64,000 bases of DNA. Source: Flaccisagitta enflata. Lineage: Eukaryota. A program made the translations under genes and the position numbers. Below are positions 29,947-41,842 of this stretch, in pieces. Every line of letters starts with the position of its first letter. The stretch's first letter is position 1. The stretch covers positions 17,918,001 through 17,982,000 of the forward strand of contig OZ231126.1 in assembly GCA_965153355.1 (NCBI GenBank). Reading direction: 5' to 3'. The notes under the pieces were generated by a model. It had not been told where the DNA came from. It saw nothing but the letters and a program-made list of their open reading frames with translations, and did not search any database.

Positions 29947-32000
29947 AATTGATTGATTGATTGATAAATTGATTAATTTTACGGACCAACCGCTGAACTA
30001 ACCGAATGAATAACTAAACAACTCATCAACAAAAAACTTTGCCGTCGCGTTACGCATCAAAAAATAGGCTTCATGCTTCATTTTGACAAGATAACGATGT
30101 ATGGTTATCTATGACTCAATCTCCATTTTAGTTTCTTAACGTCTTACCCGCTCCCGTGTTGCACTTTGCCACTCCACCATGAGTACAGTCCCATGAGCGG
30201 TAGTTACATAGGCAAGTATGGCACATATTTTCTGGGTCACAATTCCAGGCACCTCGAATCTCGCATCTGTTCACTATCGTTCCATGCTCACAATCCGACA
30301 GTTGACCTTAAGTCATTTAAGAATAAGATTGGATTCATTCAATTAAGTATAAAATTGAATTCATCATCATGGTAAAAAAATCTAAGAGTTTTTAGGTCAA
30401 ACTTTTTAGGTCGCTGTGACTGTGACGGTGTGATCAAACTGATTGTGTAATATTGTATCCAAGTGTAGTACGATTGGAGCAATAACGGCAGCACAACGAA
30501 GGCCTCCTGTAGCCTCACTATTTGAATGAGGAAAAAAAAGCTTTGGTTTTACTGAAAGCTGATGTTACGAGGCATAAAATTCCACACCAAGTGATTTGTA
30601 ACAAAACTGACAATCCATTTCTCGTTATTGTATGAGGTGCAATACACCGTCTTTAGATCAAATTGAAAAATGTTAAACCTTTATAATTCCTAAACTGCTA
30701 GGCATAAAGTCTTCAAATTTTCAGTGAACATTGCTAATATATGATGGTTTTGTTGTACAAAACCTTAGATAAGAGTACTGAATAATTGGAGCACAGCAAA
30801 ACACTGAAAGAATCGGTCTTTTTAAGCCTGGGTAAATTTTTCCTCCGCTTTTTTTAAAAGAGCCGTCTTTTTCTGCTTGCCATTTCCAAACAAATCAAAC
30901 TAAAATGTTGGCATCGGTAACAATTGATTAGTTACTAGTTGTAGAAGGCACATTTGCTGAAAATTTTGAGAAAAAATAGATACTTAGCGGAATTTTCACA
31001 AATTTCGGGTGATTTTCTGTAAAATCATGAGTGGCAAACTTGAAAATCACTATGATTTTTTCAAAACTAATGAAAATCATTCAATTTTCAAGCAAAATGG
31101 AAGTGTTTGCATGTTCATCATAAGTCTAAAAGTGTTTTTGGGGTTCTTGTTTACTTCATTTGGAGTTAATAGGCAGCAAACAACCAGCTTCCTCTAAGAA
31201 ATGATGAAAAAAAGTTTATTTTGCATAGAAAAAGACCATTTTTTTAGTCGCGTGCACGCGACTCTACAACCCGCTTTGTCCGTTGGTCTGTCGGTCACAC
31301 TTTACTTTTTTCTATTTTATTTCTTTGACCTCACTGCTCCTGCCCAAATGGTTTGGTGACCTCAAATATGGCCCCTGCCCACCCGCACGCAACTTCGGTA
31401 GCCGTGTATCCGGCCTTGTTTTTCAGGGTTTTGCTGTACCCCAATTATTCACTATCTATGTCTAGGCTTTTTCATAACAAAACCGTCACATGTTAGCAAT
31501 ATTCACTGAAAATTTGAAGACTTTTTGCTTAGAAGTTTAGGAGTTATAAAGGTTTAACATTTTTCAAATCGATCTAAAGACGGTGTAGCTTTGTTGGTAA
31601 TATACCGAACTTCCGTAAAATAAATCTGCTCTCTTCAAATATACATAGATGCACACAGGCTTGACACCTACTGTCTCGAAAATCAAAAATGCAAAGATAC
31701 AAAAAATGCTTACAACCAGCAAACTAACCGACTGACCGATCGACCCACCGACCGACACAGCAAAGAACAGAGCCGCGTGTATGAAATTTAGGAATCAAAT
31801 GAAATTTTTCACGATGTCTTGGTCAAGATTATTGATGTTTCTGACAACCGACTCACTGAATGGGCGGCTCCTAAGAGATTGTCTCGCGTGTGTTACGATA
31901 ATAGTGTAGAAATTCACGTACCTCGACCTTCAACTGAGAAAATGTAAACGTTACAAAAAGCAAGGAATCCAAAAATGAAGGCTGAAAAACAGAAAAACAT
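23616..32000 (-). CDS. 8-exon gene: secreted protein with signal peptide, Cys-rich (VWC/pacifastin-like) module and two C-type lectin domains, 365 aa
   Basis: Manually spliced exons, all GT-AG and all phase 1: 32000-31922, 30306-30148, 29670-29569, 28855-28745, 27327-27088, 26287-26189, 24866-24756, 23812-23616. Total 1098 nt, open frame ending in TGA. CTLD hallmarks: SFKDAKAACKRYRGHLAIL...IYLGA...WFWVNG...C...W...C...FICE and LWNASRENCQADGGDLVVINSDAEWKFL...IFMGA...WRWING...C...WEDEDC...AVCE. Confidence 0.9.
24058..24290. mobile_element. ~230-bp hairpin MITE, copy 1 (lectin intron 7)
   Basis: CTAGCTCATAAATATACGGACACTTGAAAA ... TTTTCAAGTGTCCGTATATTTATGAGCTAG; nearly identical to 25692-25923. 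Confidence 0.85.
24756..24866 (-). CDS. Lectin gene exon 7 (CTLD2 middle)
   Basis: GDLVVINSDAEWKFLLKSMKKFGKVHMYENIFMGASA; AATAG| and |GTAGAC; 111 nt, same length as exon 4. Confidence 0.9.
25692..25923. mobile_element. ~230-bp hairpin MITE, copy 2 (lectin intron 6)
   Basis: Near-identical direct copy of 24058-24290. Confidence 0.85.
26189..26287 (-). CDS. Lectin gene exon 6 (CTLD2 start)
   Basis: GPEKIGSFRGSVYSVTPKKKLWNASRENCQADG; TTCAG| and |GTGATC; 99 nt; intron at the same codon position as after exon 3. Confidence 0.85.
27088..27327 (-). CDS. Lectin gene exon 5 (CTLD1 end plus linker)
   Basis: NDEKNWFWVNGASLDLKALL...DEPYCLMLAAWRLYEDHEWDKTKCRRSNYFICEVPSSVVMPPLNPE; same frame as ORF 26951..27283; GTCAG| and |GTACGG; 240 nt. 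Confidence 0.9.
27757..28395. repeat. (GATGGTC)n heptamer minisatellite, lectin intron 4
   Basis: Directly visible 7-bp units with GATCAAGGGTC variants. Confidence 0.95.
28745..28855 (-). CDS. Lectin gene exon 4 (CTLD1 middle)
   Basis: GHLAILETDNEKNALRSLIKAAPKWAQPRVIYLGAYT; AACAG| and |GTAAGC; 111 nt. Confidence 0.9.
29569..29670 (-). CDS. Lectin gene exon 3 (CTLD1 start)
   Basis: DGYYDYGTIGESRYYFGMKYKSFKDAKAACKRYR; CTCAG| and |GTAAGA; 102 nt. Confidence 0.9.
30148..30306 (-). CDS. Lectin gene exon 2 (8-Cys module)
   Basis: GQLSDCEHGTIVNRCEIRGAWNCDPENMCHTCLCNYRSWDCTHGGVAKCNTGA; acceptor TAAG|, donor |GTAAGA; 159 nt. Confidence 0.8.
30645..31585. mobile_element. TA-flanked MITE (~100-bp TIRs) with a nested HINE, lectin intron 1
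   Basis: TA|CACCGTCTTTAGATC...AATGTTAAACCTTTATAA and its inverted copy ending GATCTAAAGACGGTG|TA. Confidence 0.8.
31239..31420 (+). mobile_element. Short HINE (AGTCGCGTG family), representative ~190-bp copy
   Basis: TTTTTAGTCGCGTGCACGCGACTCTACAACCCGC, GTCY microsatellite, core, CACGCAACT subTIR, GCCGTGTATCCGGC hairpin, CTTGTT. Related copies at about 421-560, 4011, 6101-6298, 17494-17704, 22363-22556, 22789-23022, 27472, 28483-28695, 58970(-), 63473-63697(-) and 63708(+). Confidence 0.85.
31922..32000 (-). CDS. Lectin gene exon 1 (signal peptide)
   Basis: ATG...MFFCFSAFIFGFLAFCNVYIFSVEGR, hydrophobic, followed by donor GAG|GTACGT; phase matches exon 2. Confidence 0.75.
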
Positions 32001-32525
32001 GCCTGCTCCCGGTCGACAATTCCCTTGTATGACTAAAATAACACTTTTTTGTTTCCTTATTTTGGCTGCAATTTCCTTCGACTGAGATTGTCAAATGGCC
32101 AGTGTTGGTTGGCTCTTGGTCTGGATGGCGCTCGTTTGTTGATTAGATCAAATCCCGTACAGTGAACTTTTGACACTCGCGTGTAATATCAAAACCCGTA
32201 ATAAATAAAGCCCTGGCACTGACATATTTCACAGCATCGATCCAAAGTCACTGCACAGTTTGCACACTTGCTACTCTATTTTTTCCTTGATGAGCCGCAG
32301 AACATCTTTTTTATGGATTATCCATATTCTTACCCTGCTTTCAAAAGCAAGTGTTACCAGCAAAATCTTTATTGCATCTCAAGTATTTGTTTTTGGAAAT
32401 TCAGATTGGATTTGCCAAAAAGCATATAACCTACCATTTGTTCATGCACAATTTCAAAGGACTAGCTCAAGCCGTATGGCTTCCACATGATTTTGAATGA
32501 AAGTGAGATATTCTCCATAAGAGCA

Positions 32526-34051
32526 TTTTTAGTCGCGTGAACGCGACTCTACAACCCGCTCCGTCGGTCCGTCGGTCGGTCGGTCGGTCGGTCGGTCGGT
32601 CGGTCGGTCGGTCCGTCCGTAACACTTTGCTTTTTTTCATCTTTTTGGGTCATCTGGAGTTATTTTGAGTCATTTTTTTGTTGTTTTTGGGAATTATTGG
32701 TTGCTTTTAGTCATTTTTGGTTATTTTTGGTCAGTTTTGGTCATCTTGGTCATTTTGGTCATTTTGGTCATTTTGGTCTTTTTGGTCATTTTTGGTCATT
32801 TTGATTATTTTTGATTATTTTTGGTCATTTTTGGTCAATTTTGGTCATTTTTGGTCATTTTTGGTCATTTTTGGTCATTTTGGTCATTTTGGTCATTTTG
32901 GTCATTTTGGTCATTTTTGGTCATTTTTGGTCATTTTTGGTCATTTTTGGTCTTTTTTGGTCATTTTTGGTCATTTTGGTCATTTTGGTCATTTTTGGTC
33001 ATTTTTGGTCATTTGGGTCATTTTTGGTCATTTGGGTCATTTTTGGTCATTTTTGGTCATTTTTGGTCATTTTGATCATTTTTCTTCATTTTGTTCATTT
33101 TGTTCATTTTTGGTCATTTTTGGTCGTTTTTGGTCGTTTTTGGTCATTTTGGTCATCTTTGGTCATCTTTGGTCATAAAGTCTGCTGGGTAAAGTCTGAT
33201 GGTTAAAGTCTGCTGGTTTAAATCTGCTGGTTTAAATCTGCTGGTTTAAGTCTGCTGGTTTAAATCTAGTGGGTTAAGTCTGCTGGTTAAAGTCTGCTGG
33301 TTTAAATCTGCTGGTTTAAGTCTGCTGGTTTAAGTCTGCTGGTTTAAATCTAATGGTTTAAGTCTGCTGGTCTAATGGTTTAAGTCTGCTGGTTAAAAAG
33401 ATATTAAAGATAAGTATGGTTTAAGTCTGGTTAAGTCTGGTTTAAGTCTGGTTAAAGACTGGTTCATGTCTGATTTATGTCTGGTTTAGGTCTGGGTTAG
33501 GTCTGGTTTAGGTCTGGTGTATGTCTAGTTTTTGTCTGGTTTATGTTTGATTTAGGTCTGATTTAGGTCTGGTTTTGGTCTGGTTTTGGTTTGGTTTCAT
33601 TCTGGTTTGAGTCTGGTTTGAGTCTGGTTTGAGTCTGGTTTGAGTCTGGTTTGAGTCTGGTTTGAGTCTGGTTTGAGCCTGGTTTGAGCCTGGTTTGAGC
33701 CTGGTTTGAGCCTGGTTTGAGTCTAGTTTAAGTCTGGTTTGAGTCTGGTTTGAGTCTGGTTTGAGTCTGGTTTGAGTCTGGATTGAGTCTGGTTTGAGTC
33801 TGGTTTGAGTCTGGCTTAAATCTGGTTTATGTCTGGTTTATGTCTGGTTTATGTCTGATTTAGGTCTGTTTTTGGTCTGGTTTAATTCTGGTTTGAGTCT
33901 CGTTTGAGTCTGGTTTGAGTCTGGTTTGAGTCTGGTTTGGGTCTGTTTTGGGTTGCGTTTAAGTCTGATTTTTGATAAAAAGATACAATAAGGAGTCAGG
34001 TCAGTTCAGTTATTTTTGTCCTGCACGCGACTTATAGGTGTTGGCCTTGTT
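32526..34051 (+). mobile_element. Satellite-carrying HINE, copy B
   Basis: Same termini and module order as copy A; 10-mer array at about 32710-33175. Confidence 0.88.
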
Positions 34052-35231
34052 TAAGAATAGATCAACTGACACTGTGACTTAAAATCATCGTCATTTCTTA
34101 ACGAATCAAGCAAAAATGGCCCGATTTGTCTTGAAAAAAGGATATTAGTCTCAGTTTACGTATTTCTGTGGAAAAATACCAAATCATTGAAATTTAAGAG
34201 GATAATCTAGGTTTTCTTTTGATTTTTTTTAAGTTTGAGCAGGTTTCAAATGCATTTAAGGACCAAAATTTCTTATAAAATGGTGAAAAACTAAGGTGAT
34301 ACAAATTAAGTGTCAATTATTGACTATACATGACTTATTTGGTCATTCAAGCTCATAATGTGAAATGTTAATGAAGGTTCCTAGGTGCAAAATCGCTCAA
34401 AAATGTGTTTTTTATGCAAATTTTGCTTAAATTTCACCAAATTTCAAAAACATGTGGACGATAAACCGCTAGACCCATCATGATGAAATTTTGCATGAAA
34501 AAATGGTAGGTTATGTGCTTTTAGACAAAACCAACCGGATTTTCTAAAAATGAATACTTTATGCACAATAAAGTTTTTACTGGTAACAATTGCTTTTGAA
34601 AGCAGGGTATCAATCAGAGTGATTCAAAATTCCTCCCAGATTATTTTTCTTTCAATGATCACAAACATCTCTTTCCTCGTTTAAAACATTGCTGGCTTAC
34701 ATCATTGGGTCGCGTGCTACTAGAGTTCCATCATGTAGTAAATAAACAACTTCTTTTTTTTTTTCATGAAGATGAAAACTATATACACGCCTGCAAGTAG
34801 GGCTAAATTAACAATTCATTTGTCATTTATAAATCAAGCTTGCTAGACTATGAGTCATTTTTGTTTGGGTGCAGGTTGCATTGGGTATGCGCGGACAGAA
34901 AGCACCCTTGAGCGTAAGTTGCCTTCTTGGGAATTTTTTTCAGAAATGAACTATCACGTCTGGAAGCAGAAATATTCTGTTGGGGGGCGTTTCCTGTAAG
35001 TCTTAACCTGGTGCAACCTTTAAACGTTCTTGATCAAATTATTGGTCACCGGAAACCAAATAAAGTCAAAGAATCGAGTCATTGCGAGTCCTTTTTTCTT
35101 TATTTTGGTTTTTGTCTTTTTGGTCACTTGGTCCTAGGTCACTTCGACCACTTTGTTGTACGTAACAAGTATCTACATCTTGTTGTTGTTGTTGTTGATG
35201 ATGATGATGATGATGATGATGATGCTATTTC

Positions 35232-35265
<34 letters not shown>

Positions 35266-35279
35266 GCAACAACAACAAG

Positions 35280-35330
<51 letters not shown>

Positions 35331-35681
35331 TATTGCAAAAGCGTTAGTTGGTCAGCGGTACCCGTTGCCTCATGATAAGTGTATGTGGAGACGAGGTAGT
35401 GAGAGGGGCAGTGACCCCAAAAGAACCGACGTGATGACTAACCACCGCAAATATCGACCCGCATTGGACAGGCTGACCGAGACTCCTTCCTGTAGGCTGA
35501 TTCCGAGTTTCGTCATGCGCGCGAGAAACCCTGACTCTTTGCCATTGTAGAAGTGTCATCGCTTCTTCTGCTGAATTGCATAAGGTTACAAAGGTTGGGT
35601 GACATACCTAACTATCTGGTGTGCCATACTAAACCAATATTTGCCACACCGACTGCCCCTATGGGGTCCAAAACAGGGGTA

Positions 35682-36094
35682 CTACGCGAATCATAAAAAA
35701 AAGCCGCACTTTTAGATGATAATTTATCATATTAAATTTCAAAATAATCAAACAAAATCTTAGACCATTTTGAAGATCTCAAAGAGATCTTTCATTTGGT
35801 TCCAATCTGGTATTTCTAGCTCTATTCGTTTAGAAATGGCATAAATGATGAAAACAATTGCCCCCTTTCAGTTTGCAATCTATTATGAAGAAATGAGTAT
35901 TTTACTAAGAGAGAGGTTCACTTTGCTTAAGCTCTATCTCCTAAACGGTTTGAGATACAGACCTGGGGTTGGTCTAGAATGAAAAAAAAAATCAAAAATC
36001 TTTAAAATCAGTTAAACAAAAAAATTTTGAATTAATTTTTTGTGTCTCTTCTACTCAATTACAAAAGGGTGCGGCTTTTTTTTTGATTCGCGTA
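35682..36094. mobile_element. TA-flanked MITE
   Basis: TA|CTACGCGAATCA...GCCGCAC and GTGCGGC...TGATTCGCGTAG|TA. Confidence 0.75.
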
Positions 36095-36522
36095 GTAGAA
36101 GGGTCTATTAGGGCCTGTCCCGCTTCTGTCCCTTCAAGCAAAACGCAAGTTTAACCAATCAAAAAATGTCAATGGGGGTCATCCAATAGCTTGTAAGCAA
36201 TCACTATCAATCCATTGATATGTGTAGAAAGTTTGAATTCAATATTTCATCTGTAAGATGACAAAAAATGAATTTGAATTATGATACTCTTCCCCCTTTA
36301 TTTTTCTGTCATTTTTTTCTAAAAATGAGTTAGGTAGAAAGTTTTTTTTGTAGGCCTATCTTTACTCAAACATTAGGCATTTTTTCTTTTTCCATTGTAT
36401 TAAGGACTAGTTGGAGGACCTTTCCTCCGATTTTCAAGGATTTTTTCCATTCTATTCAAAAGAAATAAGCATTTTCCTGGAGCGTTACAATTCAGAGGTG
36501 CTCCTTGTTGTAGCTGTCACAC

Positions 36523-38522
36523 TGGTGTGTTCAGGAATTGCAAAAAATGCTAAAAACGCCTGTGCCAAAAGTTTGGGTACGGTACATGGTGTATATAATG
36601 AGAGGGAACCATCGGTGGGACTTTTTGTCTAACCATATTAGTGCTCGGATGAGTTTTGAATTGTAAAAATGGCCTATAATGGCCATATTTAACTATGGAC
36701 CCCTCTAACTTGCAAAATGGCAAGCAGTCAAGTACTCTTACAACATACTTTTTGGCTTAATGGAGTCAGAATACACTAAGGTAGGTGGTAGAGTGGATGG
36801 TGGGGGTCACCCATGGGTGGGGGTAAGGGGGCCAAATTGGCCAAAATTCACCTCCTGATGGAGGTGGCTATAAAAAATGTCAAAAATCAAAAAAGTTGAT
36901 ATTTTTGGCAAGAATAGGTGTTAACTAGTGCGTTTCAGCAAAAAAATTGGATTCATTTTGGAAAATGAACAAAAAATGATCAAATCAAAGTATTGATGGT
37001 TGTTGGTAATTTTGAGGTATGAACCATTCAACTTCAATTGCTTATAACTTTTTATGCTGAGGAAGAAAAAAATATGGTTGATCTCATCTGAAAGATCTTT
37101 CCAAACTCTTCTTTCAGAATCTCACGGATTTCAACTCATTTCGTCTAAAAATGGCAGTACAGTGATCTTCCAAAGTACAGTAAATATTGATTTCTTGGGC
37201 GATAGAACCATTCAACTTTGACTGTTAATGAATTTTGAATACTTCAAAGCATTCAAATTTGGTTGGTCTCATCTGAAGGAACTTTCCAAACTCTTTCAGA
37301 CTCTCATGAATTTCAACTCATTTGGGTCAAAAATGGCGGTACAGTGATCTCACAATTTACAGTAAATATTGATTTCCTGGGCGATAGAACTCACAATATA
37401 GTTTGAGGGAAAATAACTGGACCCGTTTTTGGTTGTTGGACCCATTTTTTTTATCTTATTTTCATTGATTGGACCCATTTTTATTAGTCAGAGGACCCGT
37501 TTTTTAGAGACTTAGAAAATAAAAAACGGGTCCACTGACTGACAAAAACAGGTCCGTTCACCAAAAACAGGTCATCAATCAATAGGTTATAATAAAAGAA
37601 TATGCGTAAAAGTATTTTTTGAGCTTGCAATTTTCCTCATCACTGTACTGGTCTCACTATGCAGTGGTGAGTTATTCTCATGCATGATATTGAACAGAGC
37701 TCCTCTTTTTTCACCAAGAGGACCCGTTCTGACTATAATAAAAAGGTGAATAGACCTGTTTTTTTTTAGTCAGAGGACCCATTTTTCATGAACCCCGTTT
37801 TTGCACTTATAGGACCCGTTTTCCTTAACTCCTCAGATCCCATCAGTGAACTTTATTTTTTGACGGTCAGGGACCCGTTTTATGAGTCACAATGTAAAAA
37901 TAGGTTACACAAATAGGACCCGTTTTTATCTGACCAGAAAACAAGTTTAATATTGATTTCTTGGGCGATAGAACCATTCAACTTTGATTGTTAATGAATT
38001 TTAAATACTTTTTAAAAGCATACAAATTTGGTTGGTCTCATCTGAAAGAGCTTTCAAAACTCTTTCAGAATCTCCTGAATTACAACTCATTTGGTTCAAA
38101 AATAATGGTACAGTGATCTCACTAAGTACAGTAAATATTGATTTCTTGGGTGATGGAACCATCCAACTTTGACTGTTTATAGATTTTGAACACTGTAGAG
38201 CGTAAAAATTTGGTTGATCTTTCAAAACCCTTTCAGAATCTCATGGATTTCAACTCATTTGGTTGAAAAATGGTGGTACAGTGATCTCACAAAGTACAGT
38301 AAACATTGTTTTTTTTTGGATGATGGAACCATTCAACTTTGACTGTTAATAATTTGAAACACTTAAAAGCATACACATTTGGTTGATCTCATCTGAAAGA
38401 TCTTTCAAAACTTTTTCAGAATTTCATGGTTCCAAAAATGGCAGTGATCTCTCATAGTACAGTAAATATCCATCCAAAAGAATATTGTCACTGCTTTCTT
38501 ACTATTTTGTATTCATTCTTCT

Positions 38523-38596
<74 letters not shown>

Positions 38597-40697
38597 CTTC
38601 TGTGTACAAGACCTTGACATCATCTTGAAGCCAATGTTCAGTTTTGCAAACATGCATCTTGTGCTTCCTAAGCACTTGTTCGACCACCAATTCAGCCACC
38701 AACTGAAGCAAATTGCCAGCAAGAAATAAAAACAAAAACAGAAGTAAGAGGAAGTTTGAGGAAGTCTTTGGTCCGTGAAGCGCATCTACCAAACTGAGAT
38801 CGCCAAAATCGCTTGAGAATTCAGGAACTTTATTTTTGGAGACTGTAGTCCTATTCTCAAGGCTTTAATCCCCACCTCAAGGCTTAAATCCCTGTCTCAA
38901 GGCTTAAATCTCAGCCTTGAACTCAAATCCTAGCTTCAACAAACAAATAAACGAATGAAAGTCCCCCTGTGTTCTACAGGACATCCTCACCTTTGGGGCC
39001 GCTGCCCTGCTGACCATCACCTACAATCACAAACATACTAAGCAGGGCAAGTGGGCAACATGTATCGCTGACCACATATTGCCCTTGGGTAAAAGTGTCT
39101 GGAAAGTGATGACTACCCAGCATAAGGTAATGAGGTATAACTAGTCATCCAAGATCGCATGGTCCATGGTACTGATGCCCTTCTTGGAGTGATAGCTGAA
39201 GAAGTGAGTGGGCAGGGCAGCGTCCCCAAAGGGCCGTGTCCTGTAGGACATAGGGTGAATTTCCGCTGTCCTTAGAGGGGCATATTGAGGTCTTAGTAGC
39301 AACTTTCCATGTTATTCAGCCAAATTTACCATGTTATTCAATGGGAATTTTGCATTTTTCACAATTTTCCTTAATTTTCTATGTTATTCAATGGGAAATA
39401 TGCAAGTTTTTACTATTTTGTAAATTTTTCATGTTTAGTTTAGCTTCAAATTTGTCGCTAAAACAATTTTTTTTGACAAGGGGTTTCAGTGTTTTTCACA
39501 GCTGTCTCTGACTGTATCTTGGTACCCAGAACTCAATTTTTGTCTGTTAGTGATATAAGAACCTGAGAATTGATATTTTCTTGCATTTTTCGTGGTAAAA
39601 TTCAAGTAGGTTTATGATGTCTCATTATCAAAAATTTCCACGTCAAAACCAGTCATAATCTTTCATAGCATTTTTGGCATGACACTTTCTGAGAGCCAGG
39701 CACTTTCTCGGGCACACAATTATGCCCCAATTTGTAAAAATACTATATTTTAGCTACCTCTGTGTCAAATTCCAGCCCAACGACTCCATTATTTCTATCA
39801 ATTTTGCTCATTTTGCTAGTTCGTTTAATTATGTGAGAGGTGTTATTTACTGTACTTTGTGAGATCAATGTACCACTATTTTTGAACCAAATGAGTTGAA
39901 ATTCATGAGATTCTGAAAGAGTTTTGAAAGCTCTTTCAGATGACACCAACCAAATTTGTATGCTTTAAAGTATTTAAAATCATTAACAATCAAAGTTGTA
40001 TGGTTCTATCGCCCAAGAAATCAATATTTACTGTACTTTGGGAGATCACTGTACTGCCATTTTTTAACGAAATGAGTTGAAATCCATGAGATTCTGAAAG
40101 AGTTTTGAAAGATCTTTCAGATGAGATCAACCATATTTTTTTTCTCCTCAGCATAAAAAAGTTATAAGCAATTGAAGTTGAATGGTTCATACCCCAAAAT
40201 TACCAACAACCATCAACACTTTGATTTGATCATTTTTTGTTCATTTTCCAAAATGAATCCAATTTTTTTGCTGAAACGCACTAGTTAACACCTATTCTTG
40301 CCAAAAAAATCTACTTTTTTGATTTTTGTCATTTTTTACAACCACCTCCATCAGGAGGTGAATTTTGGCAATTTGGCCCCCCTTACCCCCACCCCATGGG
40401 TGACCCCTCCCACCCATCCACTCTACCACCTACCTTAGTGTATTCTGACTCCATTAAGCCAAAAAAGTATGTTGGGTGGTGAAAATTTGACTGTTTTTGC
40501 CATTTTGCAAGTTAGAGGGTCCATAGTCAAATTTGGCCATTTTAGGCCATTTTTGGCCAACTAAAACTCATCCGAGCACTAATATGGTTAGACAAAAAGT
40601 CCCACTGATGGTTCCCCCTCATTATATACATCATGTACCGTACCCAAACTTTTGGCACAGGCGTTTTTAACATTTTTTGCAATTCCTGAACACACCA
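36523..40697. mobile_element. Mutator/Foldback-type non-autonomous element with ~850-bp TIRs
   Basis: TIRs at about 36523-37380 and 39846-40697 (TGGTGTGTTCAGGAATTGC...); 9-bp TSD CTGTCACAC at 36514-36522 and 40698-40706; internal ~180-bp tandem units and GGACCCGTTTT repeats; no transposase ORF. Confidence 0.85.
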
Positions 40698-41842
40698 CTG
40701 TCACACTTGTGTCACACTATGATTCATACTATGCCACGGCATAGTAACATAAGTGACGAAAAATTCATCTTCATGATGGGAAAGAAAATCAAATTCTGTA
40801 CTTGCACCTAAAATTTCAACTCTTAACTCCAAATTGTTTGGTCACAGTGAAATTTCAAAGATGATCACTACAAAAAAAAGAATTGAATTGTAACGCTCGC
40901 CGACCAAGCTTCGTAGTTAATTCTTTGTTTCCACACAGCGCTTCTCACACAAATGCGTGATGCTATTAAGTTTTATTTTGGTAAAATTTCACAAAATCCA
41001 AATTTGCATATCTCAGGAACTATTTGAGTTAGCCCAATGAAATTTTGCATGGTTGGTATCTGGATCAAGAGACTCCTTTGCCTAAATTCTGATGCGACCT
41101 AGAGAATGTTGAGCAGTCCAACCAGACCAACCAGCCTACCAGATAAAAAAATGAAAAAATGGCATAATCTCTAAAATAATTGACCGATCTGGTTGAAATA
41201 TTGCATGAAGCTTCCTTTAAAGATTCCTCGTCACTGGCATAAAAAAGAGCATGGGGAATTTTTTTTCTTCCAACAGCCTACCCAGCTAGAAATGCTACTT
41301 ATAGAGATCTTTTTAAAAAACTAAAAAAATTCAAAAAAATTTCAGAAACATGATCACACATGTTTGCTTGAAAGTTATCAATAAGAATTTCCCTGTCATA
41401 TTGATTTCGTGATTGTATTTAGCTAAATTTTCTTGTAATAAAACTGCCAACAATATCTATTTAAGCCTAATTTGCATGAAAAATGAGCTTACTTAAGAAA
41501 ATCCAAGTATAGATTCATATGTAAGAATAGGTGAGCTACATGATGACATATGGTTTTGTTCAATTTTCAAACATGTGAAATTGACGAATTTCATCCCGTC
41601 CGCGGTCGGCTTAGCGTGACACTAGTCTGTATCGTTGATCCGATATCCAGTGTGCAACACCGAGACAGATTGCCGAGACAAACAGACAGACCCACAGATA
41701 GACATATCACCGAGACAGACCGCCGAGACACAATGGGCATATTCAAGGCTGAGGATTAGTAAGAAGGAGAAGAAAGGGAGAGGTCGAGGAGAGACAATGG
41801 AGAGAAACAAGTCGTCCAAGGTTTCCACATGGTCAGCGGTAC

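Noticed and set aside
31239-31420. Short repeats as tRNA-derived SINEs or introner elements (they start TTTTTAG)
   Set aside because: No A/B boxes, poly(A) or TSD; they lie within introns and intergenic DNA in both orientations rather than forming whole introns.
38502-38792. ORFs inside the foldback element as transposase
   Set aside because: No recognisable DDE or zinc-finger motif; partly (CA)n.
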